Shown: positions 37,484 through 46,546, counted from the first letter of the stretch. The stretch: DNA of 64,000 bases from an uncultured Solirubrobacteraceae bacterium (GCA_964588985.1 CAZPQW010000001.1:32001-96000), one strand, 5' to 3'. A program made the numbers and translations. Notes: a model not told the origin generated them from the letters alone.

Positions 37484-37825
37484 ATGTCGGAGGATCGCGT
37501 TCCGCTTTTCGTGAGGCTTCCCCGCGACCAGGTGGCCGAGCTCGATCGGCTGGTCGACACCACCGGGCAGCGCAAGCAGCAGCTCGTGAGCGATCTGCTC
37601 GCCGATCGCCTGCAGGTGGGTCGAATCGAGATCCGAGACACTCCGAGCGCCTCGGAGGAGGTGCTCAACCTCGAGGAGCTCGCAAAGCTGCTGCGCGTGT
37701 CGATGGACGCTGCCGAGGCACTTGCCGAAGAGGGCGAGCTGCCGGGTCGGCGCGTCGCGGGGGAGTGGCGGTTCGCGCGCTCGGTGGTCTTGCTGTGGCT
37801 TGCGGGCCCGTCGTCCAGGGCATGA
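37484..37825 (+). CDS. DNA-binding protein: RHH-like N-terminus plus excisionase-type HTH
   Basis: PLFVRLPRDQVAELDRL and EVLNLEELAKLLRV...GELPGRRVAGEWRF. Confidence 0.8.
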   Translation: MSEDRVPLFVRLPRDQVAELDRLVDTTGQRKQQLVSDLLADRLQVGRIEIRDTPSASEEVLNLEELAKLLRVSMDAAEALAEEGELPGRRVAGEWRFARSVVLLWLAGPSSRA

Positions 37826-37867
37826 CTGACGTCAGGCTTGCGCCGTGCAGAACAGCCTAAACAACGA

Positions 37868-37957
37868 CGGAAGGGGGGGGATTCGAACCCCCGAGACGGG
37901 GTTCGCCCGCCTAACGGTTTTCAAGACCGCCGCATTCAACCGCTCTGCCACCCTTCC
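37868..37957 (-). tRNA. tRNA-Ser(TGA)
   Basis: GGAAGGG/CCCTTCC acceptor, GCGGT-CTTGAAA-ACCGT anticodon arm, long variable arm, GGGGG-TTCGAAT-CCCCC T-arm. Confidence 0.96.
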
Positions 37958-38026
37958 ATGATCACCGCAGATGCTACGCGGTCGCCCGGGATGGTCGCGA
38001 GGCTCTAGACTTGCCGTCCCAATCCA

Positions 38027-38118
38027 GGAGAGGTGGCCGAGAGGCTGAAGGCACTCGCCTGCTAAGCGAGTATGGGGGTTAAACTCCATCGCGGGTTCGA
38101 ATCCCGCCCTCTCCGCCA
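38027..38118 (+). tRNA. tRNA-Ser(GCT)
   Basis: GGAGAGG/CCTCTCC acceptor, CTCGC-CTGCTAA-GCGAG anticodon arm, long variable arm, GCGGG-TTCGAAT-CCCGC, encoded CCA. Confidence 0.97.
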
Positions 38119-38506
38119 TTTGCTTTGGTTTCAAACCGTGGCCCCGAAAAGCGGGGCTGCGGCCGTTTTCGGGCCGGGTTTCGCCGGTCTGGCCGCTTTC
38201 GCGGGCCAGTTTGCGGGCCAGCGGCACAAGCTCGGCGTAGAGCGGTGTGGGCTTGATCTTGACCTCGCCAGTGTCCGAGACGAGCAGCATCAGGTAGATG
38301 GCGAGGTTGATCAGGCGTTTCTCGGTGGGTGATCCGGTCAGGTAGGGCACTAGGCGTTTGTCGATGAGTAGTAGCGCGTCGCTGAGCGCTTGGTCTAGCT
38401 CGCTGACCTCGAAGCTGGCGGCGTCGGCGAGTTGCTGCGCCCTGGTCTGTTCGGTCTCCAGGCGCTTCTGTTGGGCTTGGAGCACCTCTTTGGAGACGCG
38501 GTCAGC
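38119..38506 (-). pseudogene. C-terminal remnant of a large serine recombinase reading into the tRNA antisense strand
   Basis: ADRVSKEVLQAQQKRLE coiled coil, YLTGSPTEKRLINLAI, ...GLKPKQMAERAGFEP; in-frame stop just upstream and no catalytic domain. Confidence 0.7.
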
Positions 38507-38690
38507 GAGGACTTACTCGACCAGAAGTTGACCGCCGCTATCGCTAGGGTGCCGCAGCGTACCCTAGTCACGACTCAGAACACATTCCTCGATTGATTCA
38601 ACTTTCGGGACGGGGGCCATTGCCGCCTTGTAACATTTGTGTCAAACTTTGGGCAGACATCACAGACATCGCCCACAATGGAGGAAGCTG

Positions 38691-38918
38691 ATGCCGGATG
38701 CTAGTACGGATCAAACGACTCAAGAAGATGGAGCTGTTGGCGAGTTGATTGTCGAGATCAACTCGCTGCTGTTGAGCACACGAAGTAAGGCCGATACTGC
38801 ACTTCGACTCTCTACAGGCAATCCCCGCCAGCTACGCGACGTCGCAAGACTCGACGACATGCTCACCGCCCCATTGCGATATAGCAGGCAGCTCGCTAGC
38901 GAGTCCACACCAACCTAA
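38691..38918 (+). CDS. Small hypothetical protein
   Basis: GGAGGA RBS before ATG; 75 aa. Confidence 0.5.
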   Translation: MPDASTDQTTQEDGAVGELIVEINSLLLSTRSKADTALRLSTGNPRQLRDVARLDDMLTAPLRYSRQLASESTPT

Positions 38919-39049
38919 CGCAAACGCCACTTGAGCGTGGAGCGCACGCCGAACATCGCCCAAGTCATCAGCTCCGCTTACGCCAACGCGTCCAACCCCC
39001 TGGATCACGATAGCGATCCAGGGGGTCTTTTTGCTAGCGTCAGGCAGCC

Positions 39050-41254
39050 ATGTCTACGGATATCGACCCGAGATTTGCAGCGGCACTCCCAGAACAAGTT
39101 GACTCCGGCGAACCGTTTCGCACCGCGAAAGCATTCCGGCGGGCCTGGTTTGGTCAGGAGCATGGAGGACAAGCGCTCTTCTTTCTCTTTTCTAAGAATC
39201 TCAGCGTAACCAACGTCCAATTCGCCGAGCTACTCAGTCTGCTGCGGCTGCATACCTATGAGCGTCGTACGCAAGAACGTGCGAAGGCGCTGCATTTCGT
39301 CACCAGCTCCGAGTTTGATCGGCTCTTCGTCGAAATGATCGAGCCTTTCGAAAAGCACGGCGACGAGCTCCGTCAGATCGTCGGTCCGCTGTACAGCGAC
39401 ATCTTTTCGCGCACAGTAGTCGTCGATCCACGATACGGCTCCTGTAACGTCTTCTTGCCACCATCCCTGATTGCGAACATGGCGGCAATGGCAGGACAAG
39501 CCGGCTACATACACTCGTGCGGCTATCTCGTCTTCATTCGCAATGTAGTGAAGGCCGACCCAGGGCTTCTCTTTACCAATCTGCACAAACATCTTCTGCG
39601 CTATCCGCCAAGCACAGATAAGAAGCTACGATTCTTTGTTTACGCGGACGAGGATTTTACGAAGGAGGATCGTTCAGAGGCGAGCCGCCTCCGCGCGGGG
39701 CTTGACGACGTGAAGATCCACGTCGAGAAGGCGTGGTTTCGCACGCAGCGCCTGGTGGATGTGATCGGGACACTCAAAGAGCAGATGCCCGACCTTGTTT
39801 TCGGCGCAGGGCGCGGATTCCGCGCAGATCACGATACCCAAATTGGGCAAGATGACATCGACCGCGCCCGTACGCTTTGGCTAATCCAAGATCACGGTAT
39901 CGGGAATCCGCCCGAGCAACGTGGTGTGGACCGCTACTACGTTTGCTATGACCAGCTGTTTTATGCGCAGAACGCCGTACATCTCTTCGATGAGAACAAG
40001 CCAGCATGGCATGACCACACGACCCTCCCGCCGAGCCTAGCGGGAAGCCTCGTCAACATCATCCGCACACCCGAGCGTCACGAAGCATCACTCTCAATAG
40101 TAGACCCTTTTGCAGGCACCGGCACGTCACTTCTCGAGGTCATTCGCCTTCCAAAGGCTAAGTTCACCGGATTCGACAACGATCCTGGAACTGAGCGTCT
40201 CATCTACGACAACCTTCAATTCTTCGATCAGCCCCGAGAGGGACTGATTCACATTCACCGTCAGCTCTTGGACGCCAAGCAGGAGCTACTGTTCGCTCTC
40301 GACGAAAACCCTGCCGCGATTGGCGGTACCCGGGCGCTAAGCTTGGCACGCCAAGTGTTTCGAACCGAGGACGTGGTCGGACAGGCGTCCGTACTCGATG
40401 GCCTGCCGAGTCCGCGCGACGAGGACTTGCCCAATGATCTCGCAGAGCGCATTCTCGTGTATGTCGCGATGCGTACTAGCAAGCGCCACAGTGCACGGTT
40501 CTCGAGAGCCGCCGAAACGTCAGACATTGACTGGTGCGATGCGTATCTTGCGGAACTGGAGACCCTCAATGCGCAGATTGCCCGCCTAATCGAACTACGC
40601 GATCGGCAAGAGCTAGATGCGGCAGCTACCGAGAGCTATCTTCGCGGACTCGGCTATTTCGACGACTCTTCGAAACAGCTCGCAATGTTTTTCGACGACT
40701 ACTCCATGGGGGTAATGCCTCGCGCGCAGGCAGTGCAGGTCGACCGAATGCTCCAAGAGTCAGACCCTAAGCGCGAGTTTGAATTGTATGTCGGTAGCGA
40801 ACGCGGCGATGCGCGTGGCCTGCCTGCTGCGACATACGATGTTGTGATCGGTGATCCGCCATATGGCTTCAACACCGTTGCAGAAGCCAGCGACCTCGCC
40901 AAGCTCTATAGCGAGTTTGCCCGGGCGGCACTCCTTTCTCTGCGCGACGGAGGTGATCTTGTGCTTTGCCTTCCTGAGCGAAGTCACAGCGGTCGATACT
41001 CGCCGGCCTTTACCCACCGCGCTCTCGTATTGCAGCAGCTATTTCTTGTTGCTGGTGAAGAGGAGCTTCAGCTTGTATTTCCACGGAATAGCGTCCGTGG
41101 CGCAGAGCATCTTTTCGACGCGGACTATTATTGGGAGTCCCAGCGGGCCCTAAGACGAAGCGTGTTGCACGTGCAAGTACGGTTTAAAGCGCCACGTTCC
41201 GACAACGGAGATGGGTCAATGCCGCAACTCGCGAGCACGAGCTTGACGCACTGA
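39050..41254 (+). CDS. Large SAM-dependent amino-methyltransferase (Trm11/RlmL-like motif order) with unknown N-terminal domain
   Basis: TTLPPSLAGSLVNI, VDPFAGTGTSLLE, GFDND, GDAR, VVIGDPPYG. Confidence 0.8.
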   Translation: MSTDIDPRFAAALPEQVDSGEPFRTAKAFRRAWFGQEHGGQALFFLFSKNLSVTNVQFAELLSLLRLHTYERRTQERAKALHFVTSSEFDRLFVEMIEPFEKHGDELRQIVGPLYSDIFSRTVVVDPRYGSCNVFLPPSLIANMAAMAGQAGYIHSCGYLVFIRNVVKADPGLLFTNLHKHLLRYPPSTDKKLRFFVYADEDFTKEDRSEASRLRAGLDDVKIHVEKAWFRTQRLVDVIGTLKEQMPDLVFGAGRGFRADHDTQIGQDDIDRARTLWLIQDHGIGNPPEQRGVDRYYVCYDQLFYAQNAVHLFDENKPAWHDHTTLPPSLAGSLVNIIRTPERHEASLSIVDPFAGTGTSLLEVIRLPKAKFTGFDNDPGTERLIYDNLQFFDQPREGLIHIHRQLLDAKQELLFALDENPAAIGGTRALSLARQVFRTEDVVGQASVLDGLPSPRDEDLPNDLAERILVYVAMRTSKRHSARFSRAAETSDIDWCDAYLAELETLNAQIARLIELRDRQELDAAATESYLRGLGYFDDSSKQLAMFFDDYSMGVMPRAQAVQVDRMLQESDPKREFELYVGSERGDARGLPAATYDVVIGDPPYGFNTVAEASDLAKLYSEFARAALLSLRDGGDLVLCLPERSHSGRYSPAFTHRALVLQQLFLVAGEEELQLVFPRNSVRGAEHLFDADYYWESQRALRRSVLHVQVRFKAPRSDNGDGSMPQLASTSLTH

Positions 41255-41288
41255 CGCTCAATACCGGTTGTGCGACAGCGGCCAGTCG

Positions 41289-41957
41289 CTACCAAAGAAG
41301 TATTGCTGTACTAGCGAGAGCGAGCGCACCGATGGCGACAAGTGCGCACCCTCCGCCTGCGGTTGCAACTGATCCAGCGGCCGACGAGTCGGCAGGCTCG
41401 CGTGACGATGTGGGGCCGAACTCTTCACGGACACCGTCCACGAACTCATCAAGAGATGCGCCCAACTCGTCAACAATGATTTCATTGATTTCGCGGAATA
41501 TGCGACTCTCGACACTGGCTCGGCGAGAATCGTCTCGTTGGACCTCCGTGTCTGCCAGCATAACCGTGAGGATGCTGCAAGCGCCATCGATTCGCTCGAG
41601 GATATTGGGCGGCCCGACATGCGTCTCGCCGAGCCAGCCTTCAAAGAGGTTTGCCCCATTGGACTGTGCGTATGGCACGAGACGTTGGGTCAATATGAGC
41701 CCTGCGACGGTCTTCGCGATCTCCCGGATCTGATCCGGCGTAGGGCTAAGCGCGGCGTCGCGGAACACTCGCTCCGCCCACGCGGTGAGGGCTTCCTTCT
41801 TGTCGCTGCCTGCAGGCGGATAGACGTCTTCCACGATGATCGCTACCTCAGTTATGTGGCTGGCATAGTTCGGGCTACGGGACTGAGCCACATCGTAGCT
41901 GGCCTGTCGTCGCCGTGTTCGCTCGTCGCGAGGTCCGTCCATCACCTTGCTTGTCAC
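41289..41957 (-). CDS. Hypothetical protein with C-terminal hydrophobic anchor
   Basis: 222-aa ORF ending GGGCALVAIGALALASTAILLW. Confidence 0.6.
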   Translation of the reverse strand: MTSKVMDGPRDERTRRRQASYDVAQSRSPNYASHITEVAIIVEDVYPPAGSDKKEALTAWAERVFRDAALSPTPDQIREIAKTVAGLILTQRLVPYAQSNGANLFEGWLGETHVGPPNILERIDGACSILTVMLADTEVQRDDSRRASVESRIFREINEIIVDELGASLDEFVDGVREEFGPTSSREPADSSAAGSVATAGGGCALVAIGALALASTAILLW

Positions 41958-42025
41958 CTAACGCCGATTGTACGACTGTCCCGGCGGGCGAACTCGCCGC
42001 GAGGTAGCTCTCAAGTGTTCGTGTA

Positions 42026-42706
42026 CTAAATCTGCTGCTCGCCAGCTTCGACTGGTGCGCTGCTCCATCCCATGGCCGAAAGCTCGGCTTCAATAAGCTC
42101 CGCTACATGTTGATGTGCTCCGGCGTTCAGGTGCACACCATCCCATTCATGCCAGTGTCCATCATGGGGTTGCATCCACGAGAGCAGGTCAGCGAAACGA
42201 ACGCCAGCATCCTGCGCGGTCCGACGAGCTATCTCATTGTATTCTTCGATGAATTTCAGTCGATATTCTCGCGGTCGATGTTCGACAGGTGTCGTGTTTG
42301 GCTCATCGACCGGCGTAGGACCTACGAACAGGACTCGGCGCTCTGCATCCTGCGCTGCGAGGGCCGCGAGCGCCTTCATGTTTGCTTCATAGCTTTCGGG
42401 CGCAACCAGATGTCGTTTGGTCTTCGTGTCCATGGCACTGTCGTTGATGCCTACCGCGAGCACGATGAAAAGTTCTGTCTGCTCCCCTTGGTCGTGCCGC
42501 GCGTCGACTTCACTCCGGTATCGGCCAAGTACGTGCCGAGAGGTATTGCTGCTGATACCGAGGTTGTAAACGGTCGCGTAATGCCCGCGCGCCGTCGCTA
42601 TGACCCGCGCATCCGTATTTCGACGAAGGTGCGCGATCCAGCCACCACTCTCGTCCCAGTGACCAAGGGTTATACTGTCACCGAGGGCTATCAAGCGCTG
42701 GTCCAT
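42026..42706 (-). CDS. SGNH/GDSL hydrolase
   Basis: ALGDSIT, NLGISSNT, GIND, DGVHLN. Confidence 0.93.
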   Translation of the reverse strand: MDQRLIALGDSITLGHWDESGGWIAHLRRNTDARVIATARGHYATVYNLGISSNTSRHVLGRYRSEVDARHDQGEQTELFIVLAVGINDSAMDTKTKRHLVAPESYEANMKALAALAAQDAERRVLFVGPTPVDEPNTTPVEHRPREYRLKFIEEYNEIARRTAQDAGVRFADLLSWMQPHDGHWHEWDGVHLNAGAHQHVAELIEAELSAMGWSSAPVEAGEQQI

Positions 42707-42840
42707 TAGGCTGATTCTATCGAAAGTTGACGTTCGTTCTGTTCTTGCGTCGCTTTATGCCGCTTGTGCGACACAACATGCTTGCACGTCACACCAAAGC
42801 CGCATATCCGATTACGAGGCGCCTGCTGATCAACGAGGCT

Positions 42841-43095
42841 CTATGCCTCGAGCGTGTCGGTAAGACCCGGTATGGACTTCACCGTGTCGGGGTACCGGAC
42901 CACGTTGTAATAGCCACCATTTGCTTCGGCGAGCGCGTCAGCGGCCTTCTGCGCCTCCGTAGATGAATCTCTGATCGCTGCGATCTTGCCGCCCATCATC
43001 ACGGCGGAGGCAGGCTCGGAGCGGCAAACTACATACGCCTGCGGTGATCCAAGGAACAACTCTGGGCGTCCGTCGACGCTGATAACCCGATTCAT
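42841..43095 (-). CDS. Small hypothetical protein
   Basis: 84-aa ORF from ATG 43095, co-oriented with neighbours. Confidence 0.45.
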   Translation of the reverse strand: MNRVISVDGRPELFLGSPQAYVVCRSEPASAVMMGGKIAAIRDSSTEAQKAADALAEANGGYYNVVRYPDTVKSIPGLTDTLEA

Positions 43096-43132
43096 ACCCT
43101 GACATTCTATCGCTTTGCTGTAGCGCCACCCA

Positions 43133-43357
43133 CTATGCAAGCGAGATGCGGTACTCCATATCGATCCGAAACGTGTCTCGGTGCTCGGGACGCCGCACGC
43201 GCGCCATGATCTGTGTCGCGCTTGGGTATTCGCCATCAGATCGTCGCACCCACAGCCCCAGTTCGCGGTTCTTGTTGGCTATTTCACGTGAGGACATCGC
43301 ACGACCAGCTTGATCCAGGATGTCGTAGATCGCGTCGTGAAGGGTCGGCAGGGTCAT
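43133..43357 (-). CDS. HARE-type winged HTH protein
   Basis: TLHDAIYDILDQAGRAMSSREIA...SATQIMARV. Confidence 0.7.
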   Translation of the reverse strand: MTLPTLHDAIYDILDQAGRAMSSREIANKNRELGLWVRRSDGEYPSATQIMARVRRPEHRDTFRIDMEYRISLA

Positions 43358-43514
43358 GTCTACAGGATAGGACGAGTCGCTATATCCGGCCTCCCGGACG
43401 GCCCTCCGGGTCCATCAGGAGCAAACGACGTTGCGGATCGCGTCGGCTGCCCGCCTACGAGCCTCCTTGCCAGTGGGCTCCAGCAGCTCTGCCGAGAGTC
43501 GATCCACGGCGTCG

Positions 43515-43578
43515 TCTCGGTTTGCAACGCGTCCCGAACTCCCCGTTTTTCGCTGGTAGGAGGTTGTTGTTCGAACTT
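43515..43578. repeat. att-like repeat R1 (type B left arm)
   Basis: 30 bp identical to 45768-45797, then GTTTTTCGCTGGTAGGAGGTTGTTGTTCGAACT. Confidence 0.9.
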
Positions 43579-43657
43579 GCTGGGTCTTCGCCGCATCGGC
43601 GGGGCCGCGTCTGGTGGCGGGCGTGACCGGGCATCCAAGGAGCCAGCGCGGGTTGAC

Positions 43658-44416
43658 TCAGGCGGCGTGAGGACGAGCTTCCGTGGTGCGCTTATCGATT
43701 CCGTCAAGGAGCGCACTGGTGGCCTCGACCGATCGCGCCAGTCGCGGTAGCTGAGGGGCAGAAATGATCGTTGCGCGGAGGTCCGCTGCCAGCGTCTTGT
43801 AGCCGAGGTCTTCGAGCTGGGCTGGAAGCTCGGGTCTTGAGAGCGGGAAGCTGTGGTCCGCCAAGAGGCGCCATCGCGCGGTGAGGGTGAGCGCTGTCCT
43901 TACCTGCTCAACCGCGGCTTCGTGATCGCCGCTTGCCACCATCGCGCGAGCGATGCTGAGAGACTTCTGCGCTTGCTGGTGCTTGCGAAGCGGATCTGGC
44001 CACAGCTCCTGTTCTGCGATGAGGCTTTTGCTCTCTTGAACGATGCCCGTGTCGAATACCACGCGGCCGAAGCGCAGGGACCAGTGGGTGAAATCATCTC
44101 CATCTAGTAGTCGGGCACGTAGCCGCGCAGGCGAGACGACGTGGACATCAATCTCGTCAGGTAGACAATCGAGCGCGATGGGCGTGCCGATCAGGTGATA
44201 GTCGAGGTCGCTGACCGGCGTGCGGGCTCCGCGCGCCGTCGATCCGGTAAGGAGCAGGGCGTGCGCCCCCCCTTCGCGAGCACGCGACTCGACCATATCG
44301 TGAGCCACGCGTAGCTTCGCCGGCAGCAGTTCTTGGATGCGGTCGGCCTCATTGCTGAGCCGCATCCTCCAGAGGATTTCGTCGAGCGCGCGCTGTCTTT
44401 CGAGCTCGCTACTCAC
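43658..44416 (-). CDS. Minimal nucleotidyltransferase with C-terminal helical (HEPN-like) domain
   Basis: LLLTGSTARG...SDLD MNT motif. Confidence 0.8.
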   Translation of the reverse strand: MSSELERQRALDEILWRMRLSNEADRIQELLPAKLRVAHDMVESRAREGGAHALLLTGSTARGARTPVSDLDYHLIGTPIALDCLPDEIDVHVVSPARLRARLLDGDDFTHWSLRFGRVVFDTGIVQESKSLIAEQELWPDPLRKHQQAQKSLSIARAMVASGDHEAAVEQVRTALTLTARWRLLADHSFPLSRPELPAQLEDLGYKTLAADLRATIISAPQLPRLARSVEATSALLDGIDKRTTEARPHAA

Positions 44417-44786
44417 GATGAGCCTCGGCTAGATCGACTGCCGACTCGACTTCCGAAGCCAGGTCCTCGAGTGACTGCTCCCCGAAATCCGGGTCCTCTC
44501 CGTCATATACGGCCTCCTTGCGAGCCACGTTGAGCGTACGCAAGGCTGGTGCGAAGTTCGTCGTGATGGCGCCCTGGGCGTAAAGCTGTTCGGCGGCCTC
44601 AGCCTTCCGCCAGTGATTGGGCTCGATCGAAACGCCATGCTGTTCGGCGAGTGCGGCGATCGCTGCCTCGAGCGAGACAAAGAGCCAGGTGACGGCGTCT
44701 GTGTAGTCCTGAGACGCTACGGCCGGCAAGGCGCGGTCTAGGTGCTCCCGAGCGAGCTGTTGCTTGGTCTTTGGCGACACGATCAC
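44409..44786 (-). CDS. HEPN domain protein
   Basis: AVTWLFVSLEAAI...NH...LNVARKEAVY; overlaps the MNT gene. Confidence 0.75.
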   Translation of the reverse strand: MIVSPKTKQQLAREHLDRALPAVASQDYTDAVTWLFVSLEAAIAALAEQHGVSIEPNHWRKAEAAEQLYAQGAITTNFAPALRTLNVARKEAVYDGEDPDFGEQSLEDLASEVESAVDLAEAHRE

Positions 44787-44851
44787 ATGCTACGCCCCAA
44801 GGTTGATGGGGTCGTCGATCCAACGTCATCTGGCCTCTATGCATTGGGGTC

Positions 44852-44940
44852 AAATCGCTCCTCGTGAAGCCTCCGGATCAGAGGCCACGGAGATTTCGAG
44901 AGTCTTCCCGCCATCCCCGTGTTTGTTTGAAGTTCGAACT
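44852..44940. repeat. att-like repeat R2 (type A left arm; symmetric attP-like site)
   Basis: Matches R4/R5 with 7 substitutions over the first 63 bp; TCGA motifs at 44896 and 44934 are symmetric about the CCCC tract at 44915-44918. Confidence 0.9.
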
Positions 44941-44961
44941 GCGTGAAGCCAAGCGTTCGAG

Positions 44962-45414
44962 TCAGCCGGGGACGTCTACGGCGATGTTAGTGCGGCGAGT
45001 CAGGCCGACAAGCAGGTTGATGTCGTCTGGATCGCCGGTGACGATGGTCACCGCGCAGATCCGGCTGCGTTCCTCGGCCATCGCCACGACCTGTGCATCG
45101 GTCGGCGAAATGTCGTGGCGCGAGAGCGAAAGTGCCTCAGTCCGCAGTACGCCCGCGCGGGTAGCGGCCTCGACGGTCAGTGGCGCGTAGATGTCGTCCT
45201 CTGCGCCGATGGCCTTGATCAGGCGATCGACGAGTGCATCGGAGCGTCGTTGGCCGGATCGCACCTCGGTAAGCACGGGGATCGGGATCAGGAGCGCTCC
45301 ATCGATGCGCAGTTTGAGCACTTCGATATACGCAACGAGCAGGTCCCGGTTCGCGGCCAGCGCGCTGACGCCGCCACTGTCGAGCAGGAAGTCGCGGCGA
45401 GGCCGGTTGATCAC
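44962..45414 (-). CDS. PIN-domain (VapC-like) toxin
   Basis: FLLDSG, VLTEV, TDAQVV, VTGDPDDI acidic residues. Confidence 0.85.
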   Translation of the reverse strand: MINRPRRDFLLDSGGVSALAANRDLLVAYIEVLKLRIDGALLIPIPVLTEVRSGQRRSDALVDRLIKAIGAEDDIYAPLTVEAATRAGVLRTEALSLSRHDISPTDAQVVAMAEERSRICAVTIVTGDPDDINLLVGLTRRTNIAVDVPG

Positions 45415-45659
45415 TCAGGCCAAGTGTCCGCGCGGCGCTGGAGCTCGGGCAGGTGCTTCGAGCCGTCGGCCCCCTCGGCGACGAGTTCGTCGCGCAACTG
45501 CTGGAGGCGAGCACGCTGGGCGTCACGGAGCTTCGGATCGTCCGCAGGCTGCGGCCCGACGTGCATTGCGATGGCGGCCTCCATTGCATTCATTGTATCC
45601 AGAGTCTCGGCAGTCGGATCGGCGTTCTTGACTGACGCACAAGGCTGGCAGGCGGTCAC
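45411..45659 (-). CDS. Putative antitoxin partner of the PIN toxin
   Basis: Small ORF overlapping the PIN start by 4 nt; RLQQLRDELVAE...TWPE; start uncertain. Confidence 0.55.
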   Translation of the reverse strand: MTACQPCASVKNADPTAETLDTMNAMEAAIAMHVGPQPADDPKLRDAQRARLQQLRDELVAEGADGSKHLPELQRRADTWPE

Positions 45660-45767
45660 GGAGCAGTGAGTTGGAGGTCTGCTTGACGGATCGCGGCGAC
45701 CGCTTGACGTCGCGCCGCCCGCCCGGCGGGCTTCATCAACTCCTCAAGTAGCCGATCCAGGGCGGCC

Positions 45768-45833
45768 TCTCGGTTTGCAACGCGTCCCGAACTCCCCCCG
45801 TTTTCCGCCGGTACGAGGTCGTTGTTCGAACTT
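45768..45833. repeat. att-like repeat R3 (type B left arm)
   Basis: 30 bp identical to R1, C6 tract, then GTTTTCCGCCGGTACGAGGTCGTTGTTCGAACT. Confidence 0.9.
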
Positions 45834-45874
45834 CGTCCCGCTGAGATGTCTCAAGCGTCGATCATGCTTAGCGG

Positions 45875-46174
45875 GTGCCCGACGCCGTCAATCAGTTGCT
45901 CGCTACGGAGGCCGCCCTGAACAAGCTCGGGGCTCGGGGGATCTCTGTCGCAGAGGCAGAGCAGACGATCTGGAACCGCCATGTGGTCGTCAGGAACCGG
46001 CGGGGTAGCCCGGAGCGGCGTCAGTCCGATGTGCGCAGGCTCGTAGTCGGCCAAAGCGATGCGAACCGAGTCCTGACGCTCGTGATCGAGGAGACGATCG
46101 AGCCGACGACATGGCTGCTCGTGACGGGGTGGGATTCCACGCCTGCCGAGCCTAAGATCTTGGAGAGATCATGA
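45875..46174 (+). CDS. BrnT-like toxin
   Basis: KLGARGISVAEAEQ...RRLVVGQSDANRVLTLV...LVTGWDSTPAE. Confidence 0.7.
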   Translation: MPDAVNQLLATEAALNKLGARGISVAEAEQTIWNRHVVVRNRRGSPERRQSDVRRLVVGQSDANRVLTLVIEETIEPTTWLLVTGWDSTPAEPKILERS

Positions 46175-46404
46175 TGCCCTCTCACCCAGATCCACTGCCG
46201 GGGGACTTCGACGAGGAGCTCGGCAGCCTGGACCCCGCTGACGTACAGGTGGTCGAGTCTTCTCACGGGCGTCATCTGAGCGTGCAGTTCACGCTCGAGG
46301 GAGACGACGCAGCGGCGCTGCAACGGATCGCTGACGACCAAGGCGAGAAGCCCGGCGAGGTCGTCAGGTCTCTGATCCGAGCAGCTTCAGCCAAAGCGGC
46401 CTGA
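46171..46404 (+). CDS. BrnA/CopG-like antitoxin
   Basis: Acidic N-terminus, C-terminal RHH-like SVQFTLEGDDAAALQRIADDQGEKPGEVVRSLI; 4-nt overlap with the toxin. Confidence 0.7.
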   Translation: MMPSHPDPLPGDFDEELGSLDPADVQVVESSHGRHLSVQFTLEGDDAAALQRIADDQGEKPGEVVRSLIRAASAKAA

Positions 46405-46546
46405 CCGCCCGCCGCAGCGGGTCCCTGAGCGTCATTAGAGGACTCATGGCTGCCGTTAGGTCGATGGGCGGGGAACCATTCGCGGTGGGGCATCCTGCGG
46501 AGTTGACCATTAGGGCGCTGAACGGCTATCGGCGGAGTTCCTAGGA

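Noticed and set aside
37873-37880. G8 homopolymer as a phase-variation tract
   Set aside because: It is exactly the T-stem plus acceptor stem of tRNA-Ser(TGA).
37832-38485. 217-aa ORF as an intact gene
   Set aside because: Its last ~95 codons run across the two tRNA genes; only the 38119-38506 part is protein-like.
38528-38538. TTGACCGCCGC matching the 4533-4543 repeat near the recombinase-remnant breakpoint
   Set aside because: A single 11-bp GC-rich match in 64 kb is plausible by chance and has no companion copies.
44925-44940. GTTCGAAC in the repeats as an actinobacterial LexA box
   Set aside because: Only a half-site; the TCGAAC-N4-GTTCGA arrangement is absent.
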